Assembly (NCBI GenBank): GCA_031409275.1
Contig: JANNXA010000051.1
Location: 320,001-384,000, forward strand
Direction of reading: 5' to 3'
From: Planctomycetota bacterium
GTDB taxonomy: Bacteria; Planctomycetota; B15-G4; SIAN01
DNA: 64,000 nt
How positions within the stretch are numbered: the first letter of the stretch is position 1; each line of letters begins with the position of its first letter. This document shows positions 46,757 to 56,751 of the stretch, piece by piece. The position numbers and the translations under genes are program-made. Under the pieces are notes generated by a model. The model was not told the origin of the DNA. It was given only the letters and a program-made list of their open reading frames with translations, and did no database searches.

Positions 46757-48531
46757 GGCGTGCCTCCCTTCGACGACGACCGTGGATCGAAGCCGATCAC
46801 CAGGTCGATCTCGAGGTTGCTGACCTGCAGGCGACCGTCCTTCGTGCCTGAAGTCGACGGCTCCTGCACGGACGCCACGGCCGGACAGTCGCGGATCGCC
46901 CGCACCAGCGCGTCGACGCTCTCCGGCGAGGTGAGGATCCCGCTCAGCTTGAGCGAGGGCTTGTCCTTGCCGACGTCGAGATCGATGGCGGTCAACTGCA
47001 GGCGGCCGATCTTCTTCAGATCGCGATCGATCGCGCCAACCACGGCGTTCAAGTAGTCGAGGCCCGAAGGCAGCCGCGGGATCGAGCTCGAGCGACCAAG
47101 TTCCGAGGCGAGGTCGTCCTTGGAGCGCTTGAGCTCCGCGAGCGCCTTGCGGACGGCGTCGATAGGAGCGACCTTGCCGCCGTTCACCTGTTCGTAGAGT
47201 TCGGTCGAAGCGGCGTGCGTCGAATGCTCGGCGAGTACGGCTGTCGCCGCGGCGAAGAGCTCGAATTCGCGCTGACGATGCAGCTTGATCCGCTCGATGC
47301 ACAACAGCGCAACGCAGACCAGCAGGACGATCGCCAGCGACGCCAGCGCCACCTTGACCTGGTCGAAGCGGCGGGCGTAGCGAACCTCCTCCTGCCGGAA
47401 CTCGATCGTGCTGCCACCGATGGCGCCGAGGAGTCGCAGGCCCAGGCCGAGCGCCGCCACCCCTTCCGCGTTGGCGGTTTCGAGTTCCTCCGCGTTCAGG
47501 CTGTGGGCGACGCGGTCGTAGGGGCGCACCACTTCGACCGGCAGTCGCAGCGACGATTCGACGTGCGCGACGAACTCGGGCGAACGGACCGCGGTGCCCA
47601 TCAACAGCACCTTCTGCGCCTCGGCCACGGACGGGCCGAGCTTGAAGAGGGTGCGGGTCACTTCACGGCGCAGGCGCGAGAAGTAGTCGAGTCCGTGACG
47701 GCGCGTGGCGCGGGTCGCGTCCTCGGCGAGGTCGTCGACCACGACCATCGTTTCGTCGCTGTCGGCGCGTGGAGCTGATTCCTTGCCCGGGGTCGCCGCC
47801 GACTCGGCGGCACCGGCTGGCAGCGCCGCCATCGGCACCGGCGCCGGCGTGACCCCGAAGCGGAGCACGCGCGCGGCCAGCAGCGTGTCGCCGCGCATGA
47901 CCAGCAGATGCGTCAGGTCGCCGTCGCACTCGAGCGCGACGACCGTCTGACCGACCGGCTCCGATCCGGGCGGCCCGTCCACCGCGGCCGGCGGCGGCGG
48001 CTCGACGTAGCCGGTCGCGCGCAGCGCGCCGTAGAGCGAGGTGAGGTGGAGGTCGGCCGTCTGCGGATCGACGCCGATGGTGCCGAGGTCAGCGAGCGCG
48101 CCGCGGATCGACTCCTTCGGGCACGCGGCGATGAGCAGGCGCGAGCCGCCACGGCCATCGCGATTGAACAGCTGATAGCTGACGACGACGGAGTCGATCT
48201 CGACGAGCTGCAGGTGGCTCTCGGCCTCGAACTTCACCACCTTGTCGATCTGCTCGGCGGAGGTGAATGGCAGGTCGAGCTCGCGGAAGGTGCAGTCGAG
48301 CGAGGCGATCGCGACGCCGGCGGGGTCCTTCTGCAAGCGGCGTTGCGAGGCGATCGCGCGCAGCGCTTCGGCGTAAGCCGCGCGCGCTGGCGCGATGCCC
48401 TCCGCAGGTGGAGCTGCGGCGACGACGTCGGCCGCGCTGAAGCTCTTCACCTTGGGGTTCTTGGCCGTGCCGTCGATTTCGACGGCGCGTGCACGGACGT
48501 GAGTGAGGTCGACGGCGAGTTGGGTCGGCAT
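46753..48531 (-). CDS. PilM-PilN fusion / GspL-like alignment-complex protein
   Basis: FRELDLPF...VKFEAESHL (PilM/GspL actin-like), ALGLGLR...IEFR, TM, coiled coil and C-terminal LKLSG...VDALVRAI (PilN-like). Confidence 0.78.
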   Translation of the reverse strand: MPTQLAVDLTHVRARAVEIDGTAKNPKVKSFSAADVVAAAPPAEGIAPARAAYAEALRAIASQRRLQKDPAGVAIASLDCTFRELDLPFTSAEQIDKVVKFEAESHLQLVEIDSVVVSYQLFNRDGRGGSRLLIAACPKESIRGALADLGTIGVDPQTADLHLTSLYGALRATGYVEPPPPAAVDGPPGSEPVGQTVVALECDGDLTHLLVMRGDTLLAARVLRFGVTPAPVPMAALPAGAAESAATPGKESAPRADSDETMVVVDDLAEDATRATRRHGLDYFSRLRREVTRTLFKLGPSVAEAQKVLLMGTAVRSPEFVAHVESSLRLPVEVVRPYDRVAHSLNAEELETANAEGVAALGLGLRLLGAIGGSTIEFRQEEVRYARRFDQVKVALASLAIVLLVCVALLCIERIKLHRQREFELFAAATAVLAEHSTHAASTELYEQVNGGKVAPIDAVRKALAELKRSKDDLASELGRSSSIPRLPSGLDYLNAVVGAIDRDLKKIGRLQLTAIDLDVGKDKPSLKLSGILTSPESVDALVRAIRDCPAVASVQEPSTSGTKDGRLQVSNLEIDLVIGFDPRSSSKGGTP

Positions 48532-48558
48532 GGCGGCGCGATTGTAGTCCCGGAGTTG

Positions 48559-48909
48559 CTACTTCGACTCGGCGCCAATCCCTTGCGCTCGCCAGTGGCG
48601 AGCCTGCTCGGGGGTCAGAAGCGCCTCGATCTCTCGATCCGCGGCCGCGGCCGTCGCGTTGACCGAGTCCTGCCAGGCACCTTCCTTGGCGACCAGATCG
48701 CTGCGCCAACGCTCGGCAATGGCGGCCAGCGCCGCCTTCTGCGCCTCGCTCAAGTCGAGCGTGGTCATCCGCCGCGAGGCCTGATCGGCCAGATCGGAGA
48801 GGGACGGGGTCTTGCGACCGAAACGCTCCGCCGCGACCACCGCGCCGGCCCCCACCGCCGCCCACAGCAGCGCGTGGAGCACCATCCACCCCGCCATTCG
48901 CTGACCCAT
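48559..48909 (-). CDS. Spy/CpxP/ZraP-like periplasmic helical protein
   Basis: N-terminal TM/signal; LDLSEAQ and LLTPEQ (LTxxQ motifs). Confidence 0.7.
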   Translation of the reverse strand: MGQRMAGWMVLHALLWAAVGAGAVVAAERFGRKTPSLSDLADQASRRMTTLDLSEAQKAALAAIAERWRSDLVAKEGAWQDSVNATAAAADREIEALLTPEQARHWRAQGIGAESK

Positions 48910-48963
48910 CGTTCGCTCCGTCCCCGGGTCCGGTCCGCCTCGTCGCTCGCGCTGAGCTGCCCG

Positions 48964-49488
48964 TCAACGCGGGTCGGAGAGCACCATCTCGAAGTAACTC
49001 GGCGGTGCCGACCACCCCTTCTGCCAGCGCTCGAGCACCCGGCGCAACGCCGGATCGGCTCGCTCGAGCGCGCTGGGAGTGACCGTTGCGCTGGCCTGCT
49101 GCGGCCCCCACACCACCCCGCCCACACCTAGGAGGAGCAGGATCCCCGCCGCCACCGCGGCGCTGCGACGCACCCAGCGCATCACCGGCGCGATCGGAAG
49201 GTCGCCATCCCGGTCGGAGGCAGTGTGGGAAGGTGCCGCCTCCATCTTGATGCGCGCCATGATCCGCTCGTCGAGCCCGACCGGCGGCCGGCGCGCCGCG
49301 AGCGCCGCCTCTTCGCGCAGCAGCCCGCGCATCGATCGCCACTCGACCGCCACCCGGGCGCAACGAGGGCAGCCGTCGATGTGGTCGGCCAACAGGATCT
49401 GCTCGCGTTCGGGGAGTTCGCCGTCGAGCGAGCGGCTGAGCCACTGCAAGACGTCGTCGTGCGACGCGTTCGTTTCAGAGTGTTCCAT
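48964..49488 (-). CDS. Zinc-binding (ZAS/zf-HC2) transmembrane anti-sigma factor
   Basis: LSRSLDGEL...HIDGCPRC (HxxxCxxC) plus one TM helix; directly downstream of the ECF sigma. Confidence 0.88.
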   Translation of the reverse strand: MEHSETNASHDDVLQWLSRSLDGELPEREQILLADHIDGCPRCARVAVEWRSMRGLLREEAALAARRPPVGLDERIMARIKMEAAPSHTASDRDGDLPIAPVMRWVRRSAAVAAGILLLLGVGGVVWGPQQASATVTPSALERADPALRRVLERWQKGWSAPPSYFEMVLSDPR

Positions 49489-49494
49489 GCTTCT

Positions 49495-50097
49495 TCACGC
49501 CTCATCCGGGAGCAGGTCGGCAGCACCTTCCGCCCCGAGTTTCTCGATCAACCAATCGCGCATCCGCGCCCGCGCTCGAAACAACCGCGACTCGACGGTC
49601 CCTTTCGGGATCTGCAGTGCTTGCGCGAGCTCGTCGTAGCTCAGGTCGCCGAACTCGCGCATCACGAGGATCGACTTGAACGGCTCCGGCAACGCGTCGA
49701 CCGCCGCTCGAACCCAGGCGATCGCTTCGCCCCGCTGCGGTCCGGCCGCCGGCGGCGCCGAACTCGACGGCAGGCTCTCCGCAAAGGTCGAGTCGCCGGC
49801 ATCGAGCGAGACCGCCGACTGCCGGCGGCGCCGCTTCGCGACGTCGACCGCGGCGTTCACCGCGATGCGATACAGCCAGGTGAAGAGCGCCGCGTCGAAC
49901 TGGAAGCCGGCCAGGTTCCGCCAAGCGCGGAGGAACGTCTCCTGGACCACCTCTTCTGCATCGGCCCGCTCGCGCACGATGCGCAGCACCACTTCATGGA
50001 GGCGCGCGCTATGGCGTTCGACGATCGCGCGAAAGGCCTCTTGCGAGCCTGCGCGAGCGGCGAGAACCAGTGCGTGTTCCTCATTCGGTGCTGTCAT
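49495..50097 (-). CDS. ECF RNA polymerase sigma factor
   Basis: DAEEVVQETFLRAW, FTWLYRIAVN, LSYDELA and GTVESRLFRAR; start 50097 or 50109. Confidence 0.93.
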   Translation of the reverse strand: MTAPNEEHALVLAARAGSQEAFRAIVERHSARLHEVVLRIVRERADAEEVVQETFLRAWRNLAGFQFDAALFTWLYRIAVNAAVDVAKRRRRQSAVSLDAGDSTFAESLPSSSAPPAAGPQRGEAIAWVRAAVDALPEPFKSILVMREFGDLSYDELAQALQIPKGTVESRLFRARARMRDWLIEKLGAEGAADLLPDEA

Positions 50098-50120
50098 CGT
50101 GGCATTCAAGCGCTCCCTTG

Positions 50121-50145
50121 GACGCGGACGGTGGCCGCCTCTTCC
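50121..50145 (-). promoter_or_regulatory. Putative autoregulatory ECF promoter
   Basis: Minus strand GGAAG-N16-CGTC immediately upstream of the ECF gene, resembling the ECF AAC/CGT consensus. Confidence 0.45.
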
Positions 50146-50206
50146 CCTCGGCAGCGGCGGGAAAAAAGCGGGCTAACATCCTCCCCCGTCGCGCACAAGG
50201 AAGGCC

Positions 50207-52945
50207 ATGTCCGTCCACCCATCATCGACCGCCGATCGCGGCTCGTCTCCAGCCCCCGTCGCGCCCCGGGGCGTGAAGGCCTCGGCGCGCCGCGCGATCC
50301 TCGGCGCGAGCGCGCTGATCGTGCTGGCCGCAGCGTGCGCGGAGTCGCCGGCGGTCGGGCCGCGATCCCCAGCGCCGGCCGCCGGCCTGCAACGGCTGCT
50401 GCCGGGGGTGGCGAGCGCAGGCGCTTCCTGGAGCGTCGATTCCGCCTGGCACCGCAGCAGCCTGCCCGTGCTTGCCCCCGAGCGCACCGTCGCCCCGAGC
50501 TTCGCCTGCGACTTCGACGAACCGGTGCGGCCGGCGGATGCGCATTGGCTGACGGCGCCCGAATTCGGCGCGCTGGTGCGCGGCAACGTCGATCCCGCGA
50601 CGGTCGCGACCGCGCAACGAAGCTCTGGTCGCCTGCAACTGCCTCAACGCGAGAGCGTCGCCGTCGTCGTGCTCCCGGCAAGTCCCATCACGCCCTACGT
50701 CGTCACCTTTCGCATGGCGGGCGCAACGCAGCGGAACGAGTCGCGCCTCTTCGTGCTCGACTTGGCGGAAGACCTCTCCACCATCGAACAACCGCTCCCG
50801 CTGCTCGCACGCATCCGCGGCAGCAAGCAGGTCGAGGCTGTGCGCGAGGCGGCGGTGCGCGACGCGCCGCCAAGCGACCCGACGCAGCGCCAGCTTGCGC
50901 TTGAACCCGAGGTCACGCAGGTCGACGCCGACGGGACGACGACGTGGCGCATCGCCTTCAGCAGTTTCTGGCGCACGCGCGCGCTCGCCTTCGCCATCTG
51001 CGGCAGCAGCGCCGGCGCGACGTCGATCGACGACTTCCGCGTGCACGAGCTGCCGGCTCGTGCCCTGCTCGCGCTGCCGCCCGGATCGGCGTCATCGTTC
51101 GACCTGCCGCGACCGTTCGAGAGCCTCGATCCGGTGCTGCGCACCACCAAGGTGCGCATCGATTGGGAGACGCGCCGCGCGCTGCTGCTTCCGCGCGGAG
51201 CGACGGCTCGTTGCCGCTTCGACGCGCCCGAAGGCGCCGCTGGCGGCCGGCTCACTTTCGCCCTCGCGATCGTGCGCGAGGAGCGCCTCTGCGTGCGCGG
51301 ACCGCGGCGCGAGCGGGTACGCATCGACTTTGCCGGCACGACGCAGGAGGTCGAAGTCGAACTCGCGTTCGAGCAGCCGAGCGGCTGGCGCGAAGTCGAG
51401 CTGCGGTTGCCGGCCGAAGGCACGGCGCGCGAACTGCAGATCACCGTGCTGGGCGATGACGATCCGTCGGGGCCGTTGATCGCGGTCAGCGATCCGCTGC
51501 TGCATCCGCGCGATCCGACGGCACGGCGCGCGGGCGGTGGCCCCTTGAACGTCGTGGTGATCTCGCTCGACACGCTGCGCGCGGATCGGCTGGGCAAGCG
51601 AGTCGGCGGCCATTCGCTGACGCCGCGCCTCGATGAGCTCGCGGCGCGATCGCTCACCTGCAACAGCGCGCTCGCCAACGCCTCCTACACGCTGCCGTCC
51701 CACGTCTCGCTCTTCACCTCGCAACGGCCTGGCGACCACGGCGTGCTCAGCGTCAACGATCGTTTCTCGCCGGAACGCTCGACCACGTTCACGCGCCTCG
51801 TCGCGCGGCACGGCTATGCCACCGCGGCGTTCACTTCTGGCGGGATGCTGAACGCCGAGTTCTGCGGCATCGATCTCGGTTTCGATCAGTTCGGCGAGAT
51901 CGATGCGCTGCTGACTCCCGACGACACGCTGCGCGCTACCGCGCCTCTGCAGCAACGCGTCGCCTACAACCGCGAGCTCGCGCGAAGGCAGCGTCTCGAC
52001 GCGGCGCCCTTCGCCTGGCTCGCCGGCCATCGTGGCGAGCCGTTCTTCCTCTTCCTGCACAGCTACCTGACGCACAACTACCAGGCCGACCCGGAGCTGC
52101 GCGCCGCATTCACGCGCGGCTTGCCGCCCACGCCGCTGCGACTGCACGGCCCGATCCCCTACAAGCAGCTGCTCTGCGCGCGCTACCTCGCGGAAGAAGG
52201 GCGCAACGACCCGCGCTTCGAATTCGTCGGCGAAGGCGCTCACGAGTTCGTGCCGGAGCGGGATCTGCCGTGGATCGAGGCGCTCTACGACGCGACCGTC
52301 GCGCAGGCGGATCGCGACGTCGGGCGCGTGCTCGACGAGCTCGAGCGCCAGGGACTCACCGATTCCACCATCGTCGTGGTGACCTCCGACCATGGTGAGG
52401 AGTTCCTCGAACATGGCGACCTGTCGCACGCCCGTTCGCTGTTCGACGAGATCCTGCGCGTGCCGCTGCTGATCCACGTTCCGGGCAGCGTGGCGCGCCG
52501 GATCGACGAACCCGTCGAGCACATCGACGTGGTCCCGACGCTGCTCGCTCGGATGGGCCTCCCGCGCGATCCGAGGATGATCGGCAGCGACCTGCTTGCA
52601 CCAGGGTTCGAGGCGCGCGCGATCACCGTGCACGAGGGCACCGAAGGTTCCGCGAGCGGCATGACGTTGCGAGCGGCGCGGACGCGCGGCGGCAAGCTGA
52701 TCGTCGAGACGCCGCTTGCACCACCGCAGCTGCCTCCCTCCGCGAGCGCGCTCGAACAGCTGAAAGCGCTCGGCTACGTCGGTGGCGCCGGAGTGACCGG
52801 CGGCTACTACGACCTGCGCCTCGATCCGCGCGAACTGCGCGACCTCTCCGCGGACGACGCGCGGACGCCGCAGCAGTCGGCGCAGATGGAGGCGTTGGCG
52901 CGCCACCTGTTCGAGAGTCCGCGCGCCGATGGAACGGAACGATGA
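50207..52945 (+). CDS. Large sulfatase-like lipoprotein (TxPxH type) with N-terminal extracytoplasmic domains
   Basis: Lipobox LAAAC; SLDTLRADRL, SYTLPSHVSLFTS, SDHGEEF, VPL and LKALGY. Confidence 0.85.
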   Translation: MSVHPSSTADRGSSPAPVAPRGVKASARRAILGASALIVLAAACAESPAVGPRSPAPAAGLQRLLPGVASAGASWSVDSAWHRSSLPVLAPERTVAPSFACDFDEPVRPADAHWLTAPEFGALVRGNVDPATVATAQRSSGRLQLPQRESVAVVVLPASPITPYVVTFRMAGATQRNESRLFVLDLAEDLSTIEQPLPLLARIRGSKQVEAVREAAVRDAPPSDPTQRQLALEPEVTQVDADGTTTWRIAFSSFWRTRALAFAICGSSAGATSIDDFRVHELPARALLALPPGSASSFDLPRPFESLDPVLRTTKVRIDWETRRALLLPRGATARCRFDAPEGAAGGRLTFALAIVREERLCVRGPRRERVRIDFAGTTQEVEVELAFEQPSGWREVELRLPAEGTARELQITVLGDDDPSGPLIAVSDPLLHPRDPTARRAGGGPLNVVVISLDTLRADRLGKRVGGHSLTPRLDELAARSLTCNSALANASYTLPSHVSLFTSQRPGDHGVLSVNDRFSPERSTTFTRLVARHGYATAAFTSGGMLNAEFCGIDLGFDQFGEIDALLTPDDTLRATAPLQQRVAYNRELARRQRLDAAPFAWLAGHRGEPFFLFLHSYLTHNYQADPELRAAFTRGLPPTPLRLHGPIPYKQLLCARYLAEEGRNDPRFEFVGEGAHEFVPERDLPWIEALYDATVAQADRDVGRVLDELERQGLTDSTIVVVTSDHGEEFLEHGDLSHARSLFDEILRVPLLIHVPGSVARRIDEPVEHIDVVPTLLARMGLPRDPRMIGSDLLAPGFEARAITVHEGTEGSASGMTLRAARTRGGKLIVETPLAPPQLPPSASALEQLKALGYVGGAGVTGGYYDLRLDPRELRDLSADDARTPQQSAQMEALARHLFESPRADGTER

Positions 52946-55623
52946 AGCGCGGGGCCGGCCTCGTCCCAGCACTCATGACGTCGACGCTGCTGGCGTTGGC
53001 GATCCTCGCGGCGACGCTGTGGCGGGGACGCGCTCCTGCGCCCATGCCACCCATTCGGCTGTTCGAGCGAGCGCTCGCGGATCCGAGCACGGCGCACTTC
53101 GAGTTCGCAACCGCGGAACGACCGCCGCGCGCCGTGCAGCGCTGGCAGTTCAGCGGCAGCAGAGCAGGATGGATCGAGCTCGATGAACGCGGGGCGCTAG
53201 CGACCGCCAATGGCGGCAGCGAGCGCTCCCAATCGATCGATCGATCCGACGGCGCGGCGGTGCTTCGCTTCGCGGCTGCGCGCGGCGGTCTCATCCACGC
53301 AATCCCGATGGCGCCGCAACGACTGCTGCGCGTGGTCGCCACCGTGACGCGTGCGAAGGTGCCGGGCGGTGGCCCCGTGGTCGGCAACGCGGCCCCGCGG
53401 GTGTTCGCGCAGCCGACCCTGCGACCGCTGCAGCTTGCGACCGAACTCGCCAGCCGCAGCTACCTCGAACTCGCGCTCGACCGAACCGTCCTCCTCACGA
53501 CCGAACCGCTGCTGGGTTCAGCGAGCGCGCCCGCCGACGGACAGCGCCACGAACTCGCGGTAACGCTGGTGACGCCCGCCGAGACGCAAGGCCTCACCTT
53601 GCTGTTCGCTGCGGGCGACGGGAGTGTCGCGGGCGAAGTCGACCTCGAGGAGGTGCGCGTCGAGGAGGTGCCGTTGCGCGATTGGCTCGCGCTCGGTGGC
53701 AGCAGCGAGGCGGCGCCGTCGGCCGCGGACGCAGCGCTCTCCCTCGTCGCCCCATTTTCGCCGCGCGAGATCGGGGTCCTCGATCCGCCCGTCGCCGCGT
53801 TGCCAGCGCTGCGCAAGGTGGAGCATCTGCTCGAACAGCGCGACTCGGTGCTGCTGCCGCCGCCGGCGCTCGCGGCATTCGAATGCGACCTGCCCGCAGG
53901 CTCTTGGCGACTCGAGTACGGCGTCGCTCGGCTCTTCGAGTCGCGCAAGAACTTCGGCCGCGCGAAGCTCGCGGTGGAGTTGCGCGTCGTCGCGCCAGGC
54001 CGCGCGGCCTGGCATCAGCGCACGAACCTCGAGCCGCACGAAACAGCCGGCTGGATCGATCGCACCCTCGACTTGAACGACCATGTCGGCGGCCGGATCC
54101 GCGTCGAGTTCGAGTGCAACGCGGAGACGAAGAGCGCCGATCTCGCCGTCGTCGGTGCGCCGATCCTGCGACGTCTCGGCGCAATCGACCCGCGCTGGAA
54201 CGTCATCCTCGTCTCGCTCGACACCGTTCGTGCCGACCACTTGAGCGTGAATGGCTACCCGCGGCCGACCACTCCGAACCTCGACGAACTGGCGCGCCAA
54301 TCGGCCTGGTTTCGCGCCGCGTCGAGCACCTCTTCGTACACGCTGCCAGCGCACGCCTCGCTCTTCACCGGACAACTGCCGTCGCGCCATGGCGCCCATT
54401 CGGAGAGCCCGGGACGCAACCGGCTCTGGAGCGACCGTTCCGACCTGTTGGCCGACCGTTTTCGCGAGGAGGGGTGGCTGACGGCGGCGTTCACCGGCGG
54501 CGTCTACCTGCGGGCGAGCTTCGGCTTCGACCAAGGCTTCGATCGCTACGACGCCACCGACCTCGCGTTGCCGCTCGACACCGAACGGGCGCGCAAGCTG
54601 CCCTTCCACGGAGAACCCGAGCGCAACGCCGCCTACCGCAAAGGCCGTCCGTTCGGCCACGCGCTCGAGTGGATCCGCGCCCACGCCGATGCGCCGTTCT
54701 TCCTCTTCCTCCACACCTACCTCGCGCATGAGTACGTCGCCGGGCCGGCCAACGAAGCGCGTTTCCTCGGCAGCACGCAGAGCACGCTCGCGCGCGGCGA
54801 CCTCAAGTTCATCCGCGACCGGACACTCACGGAGTCGCCCACGCCCGGCGATCTGCAGCGCTACGTCGACGCCTACGACGCAACGCTGCGCGAAGCGGAT
54901 GACCACGTCGGCGCGCTGCTCGCGCTCCTCGATGACCTGCAGCTCGACGATCGCACGATCGTCATCGTGGTCTCCGATCACGGCGAGGAGTTCCTCGACC
55001 ACGGCAGCGTCAACCACGGACGAACGCTCTACGAAGAGATGGTTCACGTGCCGCTGCTGATGCGAGTGCCCGGCGCGGCGGCGCGAGAGATCGACCTGCC
55101 GGTGTCGCTGCTCGATGTCGCGCCGACGCTGATCGAGCTGTGCGGCCTGACGAGTCGACATGCGCAGGACGGCCGATCGCTCGTCGAGTTGCTGCGCGGC
55201 GGGACGCTGCCTTCCGTTCCGATCGAAGCGGAGCTCGACCTCATTCGCGAGAACCGCTGGTTCATGCGGCGCCTCGACGGCGACAAGTCGATCGAAGTGC
55301 GCGACGAGCGGAGCGCTGCACGCGTCGCGGAAGATGCGCGCGCGCGTGCAGCGCCGCGTCGAATGGACTTCGCGGTGGGCCTCGATCCGAACGAGACCCG
55401 CGATCGCGCGCACGCGACGCCCGAGGAAGAGGCGCTCGCGGCCGAGCGATTCGAGCAGCTCGCCGAGCAACGCGATGCGGCGCGCGAGCGGCGCGCCGCC
55501 GCGAAGCGAGACGAACGCGCGACCCCAAGCTCAGCGGATCAGTTCGACGTCAGCAAGATCGGCGGCTACGTCGAGCATCGACCCGAGGACGATGCCGAGG
55601 ACGCCGAGAGCGACGGCGGCTGA
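52942..55623 (+). CDS. Large sulfatase-like protein (TxPxH type), paralogue of the upstream gene
   Basis: N-terminal TM; SLDTVRADHL, TTPNLD, SYTLPAHASLFTG and SDHGEEF; ATGA overlap with the upstream gene. Confidence 0.85.
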   Translation: MKRGAGLVPALMTSTLLALAILAATLWRGRAPAPMPPIRLFERALADPSTAHFEFATAERPPRAVQRWQFSGSRAGWIELDERGALATANGGSERSQSIDRSDGAAVLRFAAARGGLIHAIPMAPQRLLRVVATVTRAKVPGGGPVVGNAAPRVFAQPTLRPLQLATELASRSYLELALDRTVLLTTEPLLGSASAPADGQRHELAVTLVTPAETQGLTLLFAAGDGSVAGEVDLEEVRVEEVPLRDWLALGGSSEAAPSAADAALSLVAPFSPREIGVLDPPVAALPALRKVEHLLEQRDSVLLPPPALAAFECDLPAGSWRLEYGVARLFESRKNFGRAKLAVELRVVAPGRAAWHQRTNLEPHETAGWIDRTLDLNDHVGGRIRVEFECNAETKSADLAVVGAPILRRLGAIDPRWNVILVSLDTVRADHLSVNGYPRPTTPNLDELARQSAWFRAASSTSSYTLPAHASLFTGQLPSRHGAHSESPGRNRLWSDRSDLLADRFREEGWLTAAFTGGVYLRASFGFDQGFDRYDATDLALPLDTERARKLPFHGEPERNAAYRKGRPFGHALEWIRAHADAPFFLFLHTYLAHEYVAGPANEARFLGSTQSTLARGDLKFIRDRTLTESPTPGDLQRYVDAYDATLREADDHVGALLALLDDLQLDDRTIVIVVSDHGEEFLDHGSVNHGRTLYEEMVHVPLLMRVPGAAAREIDLPVSLLDVAPTLIELCGLTSRHAQDGRSLVELLRGGTLPSVPIEAELDLIRENRWFMRRLDGDKSIEVRDERSAARVAEDARARAAPRRMDFAVGLDPNETRDRAHATPEEEALAAERFEQLAEQRDAARERRAAAKRDERATPSSADQFDVSKIGGYVEHRPEDDAEDAESDGG

Positions 55624-55667
55624 GCGAAGCGCTGCGAGCGTGGATCCGAGTCGCGAACGCGAGTCGC

Positions 55668-56288
55668 CTACCAGTCGCAGCCGCCGCCCCATCGGCCGTC
55701 GTAGCCGCCGTACCAGCGCCACGGTGACGTCAACAGCGCGAGCCCGGCTCCGATCGCAGCGCCACGGCCGCGGTGGTGGTACTGGTGACCGATGATCGCG
55801 CCGACACCGGTGTAGACGGCGGTGCGTGCGAGCGTCGATTCCCACGGCTCGTAGTCGTAACGACGCGCGTAGCGCACGGGGCGAACGTCGTGGTAGACGA
55901 CGCGCTCGACGACGCGCCGCGCCGGCAACGGCGCCGGTGCGTAGGTGCGAGGCGCGCCGACGAGGGATCGGAAGGAGGCGTCGCGCTCCGCTTCGGTGAG
56001 CGCGCGGACGGACGGACGGTGCTCGACCGGCGGAAGGTTGCCGGAAGCGGGGGGCACGCTCGGCGCTGCCGGCGTCGTCGCGGGCGGTGGCAAGACAACT
56101 TGCGCCGGCGCGAGCGGCGCCACCGTCGGCGGCGCCACCATCACCTGCGGAGCGGGCGGGGGCAACGGCATCGGCGCCGGCGTGAGCGTCCGGGCGGGCG
56201 GATCCACTCGCGTGGTTGCCGGCGACTGACACGCAGCGGTCGCGAAGCCGGCCGCAACGGCGAGGGCACGAAGGGTCGTGAACGACAT
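55668..56288 (-). CDS. Pro-rich lipoprotein with glycine-zipper hairpin
   Basis: GAGGAG SD; lipobox TAAC; Pro-rich linker; TGVGAIIGHQ...GRGAAIGAGLALL. Confidence 0.75.
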   Translation of the reverse strand: MSFTTLRALAVAAGFATAACQSPATTRVDPPARTLTPAPMPLPPPAPQVMVAPPTVAPLAPAQVVLPPPATTPAAPSVPPASGNLPPVEHRPSVRALTEAERDASFRSLVGAPRTYAPAPLPARRVVERVVYHDVRPVRYARRYDYEPWESTLARTAVYTGVGAIIGHQYHHRGRGAAIGAGLALLTSPWRWYGGYDGRWGGGCDW

Positions 56289-56327
56289 GGCGATCTCCTC
56301 GAGCTCCACGGGACCGCAGCGCGCGGC

Positions 56328-56741
56328 TCAGTGCTCCGCCGACTTCGCCGTCTTCACCTCGACATGGAACCGCGTGGCACCGCGCGCAATCGACTCGCGC
56401 GCGACGTCCTTGGTCTGGCCGCCGGCGACGAGCACGTGCTCGAATGGAGAGGTCGGTTCGACGGCGAAGCCGGTGTCGTCCTTGAAGGTCCACGCCATCT
56501 GCACGTGCTGATCCTTCGGCGTCTTGTTGACGAAGCGCAGCTGTGCGCGCAGACGACCGTCCGGCAGCAGTTGCTCGCGATGGTCGATCAGTTCGAGCGA
56601 CCACTTCACTTCGTCGTCCATCACCACGAGCGCGGTCGCGTCGGCGGTGGCGACCCGATCGGGTGCCTTCTCATGCGCTTGGAACGGCGGACCGCCACAG
56701 GCTGCGAGGAGCAGGAGAGCGCAGGTCGCGAGTGTCTTCAT
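56328..56741 (-). CDS. YcfL/DUF1425-like lipoprotein
   Basis: Lipobox LAAC; beta-rich body ...NKT...WTFKDDTGF...; position in an LpoB-type operon. Confidence 0.7.
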   Translation of the reverse strand: MKTLATCALLLLAACGGPPFQAHEKAPDRVATADATALVVMDDEVKWSLELIDHREQLLPDGRLRAQLRFVNKTPKDQHVQMAWTFKDDTGFAVEPTSPFEHVLVAGGQTKDVARESIARGATRFHVEVKTAKSAEH

Positions 56742-56751
56742 CGGCGAATCC

